Source of the DNA: an uncultured Phycisphaerales bacterium | GTDB taxonomy: Bacteria; Planctomycetota; Phycisphaerae; Tepidisphaerales; Tepidisphaeraceae | Reading direction: 5' to 3' | DNA: 64,000 nt | Assembly (NCBI GenBank): GCA_963755915.1 | Contig: CAVWLP010000003.1 | Span: forward strand, 1,440,001-1,504,000 | Part shown: piece after piece, positions 1 through 10,468 of the stretch | Numbering within the stretch: position 1 is the first letter of the stretch | How the letters are laid out: each line of letters begins with the position of its first letter | The notes under the pieces: model-generated | The model's input: only the letters and a program-made list of their open reading frames with translations | Database searches by the model: none | What the model was told of the DNA's origin: nothing | Made by a program: the position numbers and the translations under genes

Positions 1-9
1 GCTCCTGCA

Positions 10-1437
10 ATGCCCAACGACACCTACGAATCCCCGTTGGCAACCCGCAACGCCAGCGCGGAAATGCTCAAGCTCTTCTCCCCGCAGCATAAATTTAAAC
101 TCTGGCGAAAGCTATGGTTAGAGCTGGCCAGATCCCAGCGCGAGCTGGGCCTCACCCGGATCACGCCCGAGCGCTCCAGCAGATGGAAGCCAGGCTCGAC
201 GACATCGACTTCGCCCGGGCTGCCCATTGGGAAGCCAAGCTCCGGCATGATGTTATGGCGCATATCCACACCTTCGGAGAAGCCGCCCCGGCAGCCAGGG
301 AAATCATCCACCTGGGCGCCACCAGCCAATATGTCGTCGACAACGCCGACCTGCTCATCATGCGTGACGCGATGCGGCTTATTGCGGGCCGTTTGGCCGT
401 GGTAATCGATGCCCTCGGACGCTTTGCCTTGACTTGGAAGGACTTACCGACCCTCGGCTACACCCATTTCCAGCCGGCTCAACTGACTACCGTCGGCAAG
501 CGAGCCGTCATGTGGCGCAAGAGTTCGTCATGGATCTGGCCGAAATTGAGCATCGAATTGCCGAACTTCAATTTCGGGGGGTCAAGGGGACGACCGGCAC
601 CCAAGCCTCTTTCCTGGCGCTGTTCGATGGTGATCATTCGAAAGTTGAGGCTCTGGACGAGCTCGTTACCAAAAAATTCAGTTTTTCGAAGTCGTTTTTT
701 GTGACCGGCCAGACTTATTCTCGAAAAGCCGACTCCCAGGTGGTTTGCGCCCTGGGAGGCGTCGCCGCTAGTATTCATAAGTTTTGTAACGACATACGCT
801 TACTATCAGGATTAAAGCAGATCGAAGAGCCATTTGAGCAGGATCAGGTCGGTTCAAGTGCCATGGCGTATAAGCGAAACCCCATGCGCTGCGAGGCGCA
901 ACCGGCCTAGCCCGCTTCGTCATTAGCCTGGTCTCCTCCCCCCTGCAAACCGCGGCAGAGCAATGGTTCGAAAGAACCTTGGACGATTCCGCGAACAAAC
1001 GCCTGAGCATCCCCGAGGCCTTCCTGGCAACCGATGGCTGCCTGCTCATCGCGTGCAGCGTGGCCCGGGGTCTTGTGGTCTATCCAGAGACGATACAAGC
1101 CTCTGTCGAATCTGAACTTCCGTTCATGGCAACCGAGGAAATCCTGATGGCCGGTGTCCGTGGCGGGGGCGATCGCCAGGCACTTCACGAGATCATCCGC
1201 CGCCATTCCCAGGCAGCCGCCAAACAAGTGAAAGAACTGGGACAACCCAACGATCTGCTCAAGCGTCTGGCGACCGAGCCGGCGCTCACCGGAGTTGACC
1301 TGACTTCGGTCCTGGACCCCGCCCGATACGTGGGCCGGGCACCACAACAGGTCGAGCGATTTGTGAAAGAAGTAATCAACCCCATCCGCCACAGTTATCG
1401 GACTTATCTCAGTCAGGACATAGACTTACGCGTCTAA
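10..1437 (+). CDS. purB: adenylosuccinate lyase (3 apparent frameshifts at ~171, ~515, ~895)
   Basis: Consecutive ORF pieces give [38 protein letters not shown], the fumarate-lyase signature [15 protein letters not shown] and ERTLDDSA. Confidence 0.95.
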
Positions 1438-1585
1438 TCTTCCTTTCCAGGAATTTCACAGTAGCAATTTAAACGCAGAAAATTTATTTTAACTGTTTTC
1501 GAGCGTTTGGCTCGAATAGGGTTAAGACGAACAGTCGTTTCTTTGTTGTATTCCGCTATATCCGGGCTATCTTAAATGTGGTTCG

Positions 1586-2593
1586 GTGTGGAAAATGCAT
1601 ATGGAAATACAGACATCTAGCGAGTTTACCGGGACACAATCTATATCATCTGGCACGGCGGAGCTTGTCGGTGATTCACCGACAATGGCGGGCCTGAAGC
1701 AGACGGCGCTTGATCTATCGCCCCGTCGCTCAACCGTCATGATCCTTGGAGAGACCGGCAGCGGCAAAGAAATGCTCGCGCGGTTTATCCACAACAACTC
1801 CCCGCGCGTTAACAAACCCTTCATACCCGTCGATTGCTCGTCGCTGAGCGACACGCTCTTCGAGAGCGAGCTTTTCGGCCATGTGAAGGGCGCCTTCACC
1901 GGCGCGACGCGCGATTCGCTCGGTTTCATCCGGGCGGCCGACGGCGGAACCCTTTTCCTCGACGAAATCGGTGAGCTGAGCCTGCACCTGCAGTCCAAGC
2001 TCCTCCGCGTTCTGCAGGAAAAGTGCGTGATTCCCGTCGGAGACTTCCGGGCCCGCCCGGTCGATATCCGCGTGGTCTCGGCAACCAACAGGCCTTTGGA
2101 TGCGATGGTCCGGGAAGGCACATTCCGGCAGGACCTTTTCTTCCGCCTCAACGTGGTGGTGCTGAAGCTTCCACCGCTTCGCGAACGCCAGGCCGACATC
2201 ATTCCGCTTGCCGGGCACTTCCTGCGTACGCAAGCCGAGCTGTATGGCGAACCCGTCAAGCAGCTTGCTCCGCAGACGATTTCGCTGCTCCAGGAATATG
2301 GCTGGCCGGGCAATGTCCGCGAACTGGCCAACGTGATGGAACACGCTCACGTGATCGCCGCCGGCCCGGAGGTCACGATCGCCGATCTTCCACCGCGGCT
2401 CCAGTCCGCCGGGGGCATGGATACCCCGGAAGATCTCAGCCTCCAGGACGTCGAACGATGCACCATCGCCAAGGCCCTGAAGAAGATGAACTTCAATAAG
2501 GCCGCCGCGGCGCGGCTGCTGGGAATCAACATCCAGCGGCTCAATCGGCGCATCAGCCGGCTTAACATCCGGATTCCGGAACATCAGCGCTAA
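1586..2593 (+). CDS. sigma-54-dependent transcriptional activator (AAA+ and Fis-type HTH, no N-terminal sensor)
   Basis: GETGSGKE Walker A, ESELFGHVKGAFTGA loop, GGTLFLDEIGE, FRQDLFFRLNV, WPGNVREL, C-terminal NKAAAARLLGI HTH. Confidence 0.95.
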   Translation: MWKMHMEIQTSSEFTGTQSISSGTAELVGDSPTMAGLKQTALDLSPRRSTVMILGETGSGKEMLARFIHNNSPRVNKPFIPVDCSSLSDTLFESELFGHVKGAFTGATRDSLGFIRAADGGTLFLDEIGELSLHLQSKLLRVLQEKCVIPVGDFRARPVDIRVVSATNRPLDAMVREGTFRQDLFFRLNVVVLKLPPLRERQADIIPLAGHFLRTQAELYGEPVKQLAPQTISLLQEYGWPGNVRELANVMEHAHVIAAGPEVTIADLPPRLQSAGGMDTPEDLSLQDVERCTIAKALKKMNFNKAAAARLLGINIQRLNRRISRLNIRIPEHQR

Positions 2594-2624
2594 ACGCTGA
2601 AGTCTGAGGGAACTCCAATCAGTC

Positions 2625-2662
2625 AAGAAACCCACGGCAAAACCGTGGGTTTTCTTTGTTTG
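2625..2662 (+). terminator. intrinsic terminator / REP-like palindrome
   Basis: AAACCCACGG-caaaa-CCGTGGGTTT perfect stem followed by a T-rich tract, 35 nt after the activator stop. Confidence 0.7.
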
Positions 2663-2699
2663 CAGTAGGGGTCATCCGCGCGTATTTTGGCCCGGTGAC

Positions 2700-4001
2700 A
2701 TGAGCGATTTCACGATCCAGCCGATCACCTCGCCCTTCACCGCAGCGATCACCCCGCCAGGCTCCAAGAGCATCACCAATCGCGCCCTGGTGCTGGCCGC
2801 GCTGGCGGCCGGACGCAGCACCCTGAGCAACGTCCTCTTCGCCGACGACACGCGGGTGATGATGGACGCCCTGCAAGCGCTCGGATTTGAGCTGCGCCCG
2901 CACGAGCAGACGCATTCGGTGGCAATGCTCGGCCGGGCGGGGGCGATTCCCGTCGCCGCCGCACGCCTCCAGTGCGGAAACTCCGGCACCACCATCCGCT
3001 TCCTCACTGCCATGTGCGCGCTGGGCAGGGGTGAATTTATTCTCGACGGCGTGGAGCGCATGCGCCAGCGCCCCATCGGCGACCTTGCCGATATGCTCAA
3101 AAACCTCGGCGTGCGAACCCGATTCCTCGAGCAAACCGGGTTTCCCCCCATCCTGGTTCACGGCGACCAGCTTCCCGGCGGCCTGCTGCGCGGGCGCGGC
3201 GGCATCCAGCCAATTTCTCTCGGCGATCCTCATGGCTGCCCCCTACGCGCGGCATGAGCTGCGCGTTGATCTGATCGAGCCGCAAACAAGCTGGCCCTAT
3301 ATTGAGCTCACGATGCTGATGATGGACGCGTTTCACCTCACGCCCGAACTGATCCGCGACCCCAAAACCCAGGAGCCCAAAACGATCATCGTTCCGCAGG
3401 GGACATACGTCGGCCAGTCGTTTGCCGTCGAACCCGACGCCAGCAACGCCTCCTATTTCCTGGCCCTGGCCGCGATTCATCCCGCGGCGAAAGTAACCAT
3501 TCGCGGACTCGGCAAGCAGAGCCGCCAGGGCGATGTGGGATTCGGCGACGTCCTTCGTCGCATGGGCGCGCACGTAACGATGGAAAGAGATTCGATCACC
3601 GTCACCGGCCCCGCGGAATTGCACGGGATCGACATCGACCTGGGCCCCATGCCCGATACCGCGCAAACGCTGGCCGCCGTCGCCCTTTTTGCCAACGGCC
3701 GGACGACGATTCGCGGCCTCAAGACGCTCCAGGTAAAGGAGACCGATCGCCTGGCCGCCCTCAGCGCCGAGCTGACGAAGCTGGCGCGGCCGTCGTCGCA
3801 ACATCGGACACGCTCCAGATCGACGCGCCCCTGAGCGTCAAGCCCGCCGACATCGCGACGTATGACGATCACCGGATGGCGATGAGTTTCGCCCTGGTCG
3901 CGACCAAGTCGCCGGGCGTGGTCATCAAGGACTCGCAGTGCGTGAACAAAACCTACCCGAATTTCTTCGAAGACCTTCGAAAAGTCCTCAATCCCGCCTG
4001 A
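2700..4001 (+). CDS. aroA: 3-phosphoshikimate 1-carboxyvinyltransferase (EPSP synthase; frameshifts ~3191, ~3784)
   Basis: PGSKSITNRAL, GNSGTTIRFL, SSQFLSA, EPDASNASYF, VKETDRL; the last frame reads TYDDHRMAMSF...VNKTYPNFF, stop TGA at 3999-4001. Confidence 0.95.
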
Positions 4002-5096
4002 CCTTCGGAGGAGGCGTCTCGACTTCCACCGCAACCTGCAATCTCTCAAATCCCATGACGCGATAGGCAATGGCCGAAGCCCCCCAGCTCGCGATGAAAA
4101 TCGCGATGATGATGACGCCGATCAGCCCGAAGTGATAATCGTCATTCAGCTTTCCGACGGCGCTCCAGAAAACCCCCTGGAGCTGGAATTTATCGCCGAC
4201 GACGCCAAGCAACTCCAGCCCGCCGACGAGGAACGCCACCAGCACCGAGACCGCGGTGATAGTCATATTGTAATAGAGCTTGCGAACGGGGTGAATGAAC
4301 GCCCAGCCATAGGCGCCGAGCATCAGCACGCCGTCGGCGGTATCGACCAGACACATCCCGGCCGTAAAGAGCAGTGGAAAAACCAGGATGTCTCGGATCG
4401 GCATCCCATGACTCGCCGCGGCGGCGGAAATCCCCAGCATCCCCACCTGCGTCGCCGTATCGAAGCCAAGTCCAAAGAAGAACCCGACGGCGTACATCTT
4501 CCAGCTTCGGTCCAGCAGTCGAAGCACCGGGCGCACCGCCCGCCCGATGCGCCCCATCGAATCGAGAATCGCCGCCAGATCCTGATCGACGTACGGCTCG
4601 CCCCGGCGGATGCGCAAAATGTCTTCGCCACGCTGCGAAGGACCAGCAGGTTCATCGACGCGATGGCAAACAGGAAAATCGCCGAAATGAGCGTGCCCAC
4701 AAGCCCGCCCGTATTGGCCAGGACCCTGAAATGCGACTGCACGGCCGCCGCTGTTACCGCGATCGCGACCGTCAGCAAAATAACGATCGTCGAATGCCCA
4801 ATCGAAAAGTAAAAGCCGACGAGGCTCGGCCGCTGCCCTTCCTGCATCAGCTTTCGCGTCACGTTGTCGATTGCGCAGATATGATCGGCGTCCAACGCAT
4901 GGGCGAGCCCCAGAAGATACGCAACGCCGCCAAGCTCCAGCAGGTTCACGTGCCCGTGAAACGCCAGCAGGGCGAGCAGCCAGACCAGCGCGTTGGCGGC
5001 CAGAAAGCGCACAAATCGTCCCAACCGCCCTGGCGGCAGTATCCGCTGTACGCAACGAACCCGGCTGATTAAACTGCGAGCTTGCCATCGGGCCAT
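3988..5096 (-). CDS. hoxN: HoxN/NixA/HupN (NiCoT) high-affinity nickel/cobalt permease (frameshift ~4615)
   Basis: HALDADHI signature, FSIGHSTIV, GLGFDTAT, LFTAGMCLVDTADG, KLYYNMTIT. Confidence 0.9.
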
Positions 5097-5260
5097 ATCC
5101 TCCCAATATCCCTTTCAACGGCCATCCGGCCGGGATCCCCAGGCAGTTTACGCGGAAGTGAAATGTTCATCATCCCCCAACTCACAGCATTCTGACCCGT
5201 CCAATGGATTCACAGGCAATGCTCCGGTAAACTCGCATCGGCTCTGAAAAAGAGCCATTT

Positions 5261-5349
5261 GGAGAGGTGTCCGAGTGGCTGAAGGAGCAGCACTGGAAAT
5301 GCTGTAGGCGGCTTAAACCGTCTCGGGAGTTCGAATCTCCCCCTCTCCG
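5261..5349 (+). tRNA. tRNA-Ser (anticodon GGA), class II long variable arm, CCA not encoded
   Basis: Acceptor GGAGAGG/CCTCTCC, D arm CCGAGTGGCTGAAGG, anticodon arm CAGCA-CTGGAAA-TGCTG, T loop GTTCGAATC. Confidence 0.96.
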
Positions 5350-5366
5350 CATTTTAAGTTCATCAA

Positions 5367-5409
5367 AAACGCTAAGCCGCTAATAGTCAGCAGCTTGGCG
5401 TTTCTTTTT
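5367..5409 (+). terminator. intrinsic terminator downstream of tRNA-Ser
   Basis: AAACGCTAAGCCGCT / AGCAGCTTGGCGTTT stem followed by CTTTTT. Confidence 0.7.
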
Positions 5410-5429
5410 CGCCTTCGACTGCTCCCCCC

Positions 5430-5460
5430 TGGTGCACAAGTGGTGCACAGATGATGCACC
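5430..5460 (+). repeat. three 11-bp-spaced direct repeats TGRTGCACM (putative integrase arm-type sites)
   Basis: TGGTGCACA at 5430, TGGTGCACA at 5441, TGATGCACC at 5452, between tRNA and integrase start. Confidence 0.6.
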
Positions 5461-5472
5461 GGGAGCAGTGCA

Positions 5473-6899
5473 ATGTCACATCGCATCAGATTCGTCCGGC
5501 GCCGGATAGGGCACGTCTCCATCTACGAGCATCACGGGAGCTGGTGGGTTTACCACCGCCACCAAGGCAAACCGATTCGTCGCCACGTTGGTGAGAGCGC
5601 CGCGATGGCGGAGTGTGAGGCCTCGCTGACCAACGCGCGGCTTGTCGCCGAGGCCGCTGGCGTTCCGCTTAAATCGATGCCGTCCATGGCGGAGTTGGGG
5701 CGACACTGCGTCCAAGCTGCAATTCCATCCCCATCTGTCTCCGCCACCGCCGCCTCTTCAAGCATGACGGTGTCTAACCTGCGTCAGGCCTTCCTGGCTC
5801 ACCACGAAAAGGTTTTGCACTCCAGCCTGGCCACCGTCTCCCGCTACAGGGCAGCAACGGCCTACCTAGAAGCTTTCGCGGAGAAGGAAAGGACGGTGGA
5901 TCCGGCACAGGTCATCGTTCCGCGGTTCATTGAATTCCTCCGCACCACCGAGATATCGCCAAACGGCCATCCCAATACCGCCAAACGTCGGCTGCGCGAC
6001 AAGGGCGTGATTTTCGTGCTGGAATGTAGCCGGAGCGTCTACCACTTCGGATTTCGCCACGGGTTTATCGCCAAACACACGGCCAATCCGTTCACAGAAA
6101 TGAGAATTGGTGCCCTGCGTGTGCGGGATGCCAAGCCGATATTCGTGTTTGATGCCGAGCAGGAGCTGGCTTTTTTCCAGGCATGCAATCCCTGGGAATT
6201 CTCGATTCATTTCACGATCGCAAAAACGGGTGTTCGGCCCGGAGAGCTTTCGCACGCCCTGATTGAAGACACGGACCTTGAACGGGGCTGGCTGTTCGTG
6301 CGAGGCAAGGCGGAACTGGGCTGGAGTACCAAGACAAGCCGAGAGCGTCGTGTACCGCTCATCCCGGAAGTCGTATCGGTAGTGCGCCAGGTAATTAGCA
6401 ATCGAACTGCCGGGCCTCTGTTTCTCCAGCGGCGGTTTCGACCGGATCAATTAGCGATTTCATGCTCTAATCGAGCGGAATTGGCAACGCTCGCCAAGCG
6501 GCGGCTCGGTTCGGCGGCGCTAAAAAGGGGCAAGCTCTTTCACGCTACGAGGAAACGCGTGTCTTGGCGACAATCTGGCGCGACGCCGGTGCTGTTCCCG
6601 TTGACCGGATTCGCACCTCGTTCATTCACGCTGCCAACACTGCCAACCTGTCCGCCACCTGCCCCAAAAGCTGGCGGCATACGTTCGCCACCCTCATGCA
6701 GGAAGCCAACGTGGATCTGCTCGTGCGCCAGGAGACTCTTGGTCATAGGCCCCTGGCAATAGAATCCTCGGCGCTGGGGATGACCGGCATTTACACCCAC
6801 ACCACGCCGCAATTCCAGCGGCAGGAAATCGAGCGTGCGCTGCGATTGCGTCCGCACTCCTTGGCGTTGGCGCGGGCACGGGTACACGGCGACGGATAG
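5473..6899 (+). CDS. tyrosine recombinase / integrase (frameshift ~6520-6530)
   Basis: TGVRPGEL (catalytic R), TKTSRERRVP (K), KSWRHTFAT, LGH, TGIYTH (catalytic Y); N-terminal beta-rich arm-binding-like segment. Confidence 0.9.
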
Positions 6900-7005
6900 G
6901 TGGGAACGTGCAATTTACGCCAACGGCGGATGGATCCGCCGTCGCGCGTTCAAAATTCAATGCATCAACAAACGAAATCACGCTTATCCAGAAATCGAGG
7001 TTCCA

Positions 7006-7423
7006 ATGAACTTGAAGAAAATGGCTCCCAGCAACGGGACAAAAATATTGAATGTCTTGGTGATAGGTCGCGTATCCAGACCTGAGCAACCGATCACGAA
7101 TATCGAAGCGGGATATCTTTATGCTGAAAGGTGCCTTAAAGACGTTTATGATGGCGAGGCAGAGGTCAGACGTTTAGGGGAGCAGGGCAGCGGGATGCTT
7201 GTTGATCGTGAAACGATCATGGAAGCCTATGAACTCATCGAACGCGGATGGCCGGATTTGGTGTTGATGGAGGATATTTCCAAGAGCTATAGGAATCCCC
7301 GCTGGATCTACGCTTTCGTGCAAGACTGTTTCGACGCGGGCGTGCGTGTCATCGCTCCAGGCGATGGCTTGGATACCTGGGAAGATAACTGGGAAGTCAT
7401 CCTCGGAGCGGCGGCTACCCGCC
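7006..7423 (+). pseudogene. truncated serine recombinase (catalytic domain only)
   Basis: GAGG RBS; VIGRVSRPEQ (YxRVS..Q), GSG..DR, DLVLMEDISKSYRN, GVRVIA..DGLDT; homology stops at AAATR. Confidence 0.75.
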
Positions 7424-7630
7424 AAGTTCGTCAACGCCAACGGCTCCGGCGACTGCATGATCGCCGGCTCGATTGCGGATCTCCTGTGCGAATACCCGCT
7501 GCCAGACGCCGCGCGCATCGCCTGCTGTGTGGGCTCATGTTGCTTCGAATTGGTAACGGCGACAGGTGGTGTCGTCCCCTGGGAAAAAGTACTTTTCCAA
7601 CGCGAGTTTGGAATGGGAACCGCTCCGATC
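7415..7630 (+). pseudogene. C-terminal remnant of a PfkB-family carbohydrate kinase
   Basis: Frame of ORF 7346 reads FVNANGSGDCMIAGSIADLL..PLPDAARIACCVGSCC..ATGGVVPWEKV, a degenerate PfkB signature 2 (DTxGAGDxFxAG); no N-terminus. Confidence 0.6.
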
Positions 7631-7648
7631 ATAGGATCCAGGATCGAT

Positions 7649-9535
7649 TCAAAGCTGCGGCATTCTGTATGCACCGACACCTTTGGTGATGAGCCGTGCC
7701 GGAACATCCGCGCGCTCGAGCTCCAAAAAGATACCCCAGGCTTTGCCCCGCGCGGTGCCGAGGGCGATGATGAGCTGGTGGTTCCCCGCGTTTGCCATGA
7801 ATTTGCTGATAGCTTTCGACAACGATGCGGGATTTGTGCCGTTGGGGTCGAAAACTAATTCCTTTTCGTCGATCCAGACTTTGACGGGGCCGTCGTAGCC
7901 GAGGTGCAGGGCGAGGTTCATCGGTTCGTCGCATCGGAACCGTTTGGCGAAGCAGACCATTTCATCCTTGCGGCCGCGCGCGCCAATTTCGTTGTGTAGA
8001 TCGCAAAACGGGCCCTGGAAAGAGCGATGTTTGAATTGGCGAACCATGCTCGGGCCGGGCGGGGAAAGGGATTTCCAGTTGGCAGGGGCGGGTAGGAAAG
8101 TGCCGACGTCCAGGGTTGTGATGAAGGGAGTCATTGCCCGAGGTGGGGCGAGCGGGAGAGGGCCAAACGCGGGGAGAGAGCGATCGGCTTCGTCAATGAT
8201 ATTGCAAACGGGGTTGGTTCCGTGGCCGTAGTATAAGGCGGCATCCCAAAGACGATTTGGGGGGAATTGAGCGCGGACGAGTGCACGGGAACCGCGCAAT
8301 TCGACGGCAAACGCGTGTTCGATGTTTCCGTATGCAAGCAACGAGAAACCCATCGGTGAGCCCGGCGCACGCAATTGGCCCACAACATTGTGGAATCGAG
8401 CTTCAACGACGATCGCGCCTCGCAGAGGCCGACAGGAAACACCGGCAAGCTCGATTGGACGAACCGCGGTTTGGCGACCGAAGCGGAGTGTTTGTACTGC
8501 CTGCGCGAGACGCTTGCCGAGGCGGTTCTGGTCGGTGCCTTCGATGTGGATCGTGTCATCGAGGCGAAGATCGATTGCCGGGACGACGGCGAGATTCGGG
8601 ATGGAGCGGGGTAATCGATATTGCTGATCACGGATGGAATCCCAGGCTCTTGAGTCTTCGACTCGGCCGATGACGCGAGCGAGCTGGACGATCGCCACAG
8701 GAAGGAATTTATCATGGAAATCGCGGCGAAACGCGGCGACCAGGTTTTTCATTCGCGCCGAATAGAGTGGATGGTCTTTTTCGGTGGCGTCGCTTTCCCC
8801 CTGATACCAGACGATGCCGGCGATTTTGCCGCCGTTTTTGGCGATGCGGCGCAGGGCCGCGCCGTACAGGCTTTTGTCGCCATCGGCTTTTCGGGCGGGG
8901 TCCCATTGGGTCATAGTTGTGCCGCCGTGGGCACAGGCGAGAAGCCCCTGGGGCACGCCAGCGGAGAGACTTTTCATGGTGTGTCCGAACGCGGGGCCTG
9001 GACCGACGCCAAACCATGAAGGGGGTGGGGGGTCGAGGCGTCCACCGGAGATGTCGGTGTGAACGGGGTCGATGGCTTGCCAGAGGTTGTGGATTGGATC
9101 CTGAGCGATTCGCCACTGGTCGTTCATATAGAAGGCGCGGACGAGGGGATGGGGTTTTAGGTTTGATTCGGGGGTGATGTGGCCGCAGCCTTGCATGTTG
9201 GACTGCCCGCCGAGGAGCCAGACATCGCCGATCAAGACGTCGTCGACGACGGAGCGTGCGCCGCTGATTTGAATTTCGATTCGATAGGGGCCGCCGGCGG
9301 GGATACCGGTTAAGACGCCGGTAAATTTTCCATTTTTGGAATGACCGACGACGGAACGGTTGAATTTGGGAATGATCCGCCGGCCGCGCCATACGGTGGC
9401 GAGGATGGGGCCGGAGGGGGTAGCGGTGCCGGCGAAGCGGGCCTCGGAGATGTTTTGTCTACCGCGCTGCAGAACCATGTGGGGAAAGAGTCCGGAGGTG
9501 ATTTGGATTTGCGTGTTCATTTTTTGCATCGTCAT
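7649..9535 (-). CDS. sialate O-acetylesterase (SASA/SGNH) family carbohydrate esterase with extra C-terminal beta domain
   Basis: GDVWLLGGQSNMQG, AHGGT, WYQGESD, DTIH catalytic DxxH. Confidence 0.88.
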   Translation of the reverse strand: MTMQKMNTQIQITSGLFPHMVLQRGRQNISEARFAGTATPSGPILATVWRGRRIIPKFNRSVVGHSKNGKFTGVLTGIPAGGPYRIEIQISGARSVVDDVLIGDVWLLGGQSNMQGCGHITPESNLKPHPLVRAFYMNDQWRIAQDPIHNLWQAIDPVHTDISGGRLDPPPPSWFGVGPGPAFGHTMKSLSAGVPQGLLACAHGGTTMTQWDPARKADGDKSLYGAALRRIAKNGGKIAGIVWYQGESDATEKDHPLYSARMKNLVAAFRRDFHDKFLPVAIVQLARVIGRVEDSRAWDSIRDQQYRLPRSIPNLAVVPAIDLRLDDTIHIEGTDQNRLGKRLAQAVQTLRFGRQTAVRPIELAGVSCRPLRGAIVVEARFHNVVGQLRAPGSPMGFSLLAYGNIEHAFAVELRGSRALVRAQFPPNRLWDAALYYGHGTNPVCNIIDEADRSLPAFGPLPLAPPRAMTPFITTLDVGTFLPAPANWKSLSPPGPSMVRQFKHRSFQGPFCDLHNEIGARGRKDEMVCFAKRFRCDEPMNLALHLGYDGPVKVWIDEKELVFDPNGTNPASLSKAISKFMANAGNHQLIIALGTARGKAWGIFLELERADVPARLITKGVGAYRMPQL

Positions 9536-9615
9536 TGAATGTTGCCGGTTAGACAATTAGGTTGAGAAGAGGTCGTGAGGGATAGATAGTAAATTTTCTT
9601 TGGAGAGCTCGAGCT

Positions 9616-10449
9616 ATGAAAAAGATTGCGGTTACGGGTGGTAATGGGAAGCTGGGACGGTTTGTTGTTGCCGACCTTCTTGAGCATGGATTCGATGTGA
9701 CGAATCTGGATACGGACAGGTCGAGCGACTTGAAATGCCGTACGCGTCAGGTGGAATTGTGCGACTTTGGGCAAACGATCGACGCTCTGTCTGAGATGGA
9801 CGGGGTGGTGCATCTTGCGGCGATCTGTCAGGCGCGCGTTGCGCCCGATGCCGAGACGTTTCGCGTGAACACCCTGAGCACGTTCAACGTTTTTCACTCG
9901 GCGAAGGTGCTGGAGATACCGCGCGTTGTCTGGGCGAGCAGCGAGACGACGCTGGGATTGGCCTGGTCGAAGGATAATCCGCCGAAGTATGTACCGATTG
10001 ACGAAGATCATTTTCCGCATACTGACAGCACCTACGCGTTGTCCAAGCATGTGGGGGAGATCATTGCAGGGCAGTATGCGCGTTGGGGTACGACGACTTT
10101 TGTGGGGTTGCGATTCAGTAATATTATGGCTCCGCAGGATTACGCGGAGTTTCCGAGTTACTGGTCGGATCCGTTGAAGCGGGTGTCGAATCTGTGGGCG
10201 TATATTGATGCGCGTGATGGCACCCAGGCCTGCCGGCTTGGACTGGGTGCGGATATAAAGGGAAGCGAGAATTTTATTATCACTTCGCCAGACACGGTGA
10301 TGAATCGGCCCACAATGGAGCTTTTGAAAGAGGTCTTTCCGAAAGTTCCGGTGAAGCGGCAGTTGGAGGGTTTTGATACACCGCTGCTGAATGAGAAAGC
10401 ACGAAGCATGCTTGGGTATAAGCCTACGTATTCCTGGCGCACGTCGTAG
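9616..10449 (+). CDS. NAD-dependent epimerase/dehydratase (uronate-dehydrogenase-like extended SDR)
   Basis: TGGNGKLG, VVHLAA, WASS, YALSK (YxxxK). Confidence 0.9.
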   Translation: MKKIAVTGGNGKLGRFVVADLLEHGFDVTNLDTDRSSDLKCRTRQVELCDFGQTIDALSEMDGVVHLAAICQARVAPDAETFRVNTLSTFNVFHSAKVLEIPRVVWASSETTLGLAWSKDNPPKYVPIDEDHFPHTDSTYALSKHVGEIIAGQYARWGTTTFVGLRFSNIMAPQDYAEFPSYWSDPLKRVSNLWAYIDARDGTQACRLGLGADIKGSENFIITSPDTVMNRPTMELLKEVFPKVPVKRQLEGFDTPLLNEKARSMLGYKPTYSWRTS

Positions 10450-10468
10450 TGGTTGGGGCATTTTGGGG

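Noticed and set aside
1567-2635. Long antisense/overlapping ORFs (e.g. 1567-2331, 1730-2635, 9532-10479, 46684-47472, 54264-55118)
   Set aside because: These are shadow ORFs of GC-rich genes, with no motifs and opposite well-supported CDSs.
10-4001. purB and aroA as pseudogenes or programmed frameshifts
   Set aside because: There are no in-frame stops or motif decay, no slippery heptamers, and indels share the GCGC context window-wide; artefact is more likely.
5097-5260. NiCo or cobalamin riboswitch upstream of the NiCoT permease
   Set aside because: The minus-strand leader lacks the B12-box/GGGAA..CCCGC elements, and I could not build the NiCo four-way junction.
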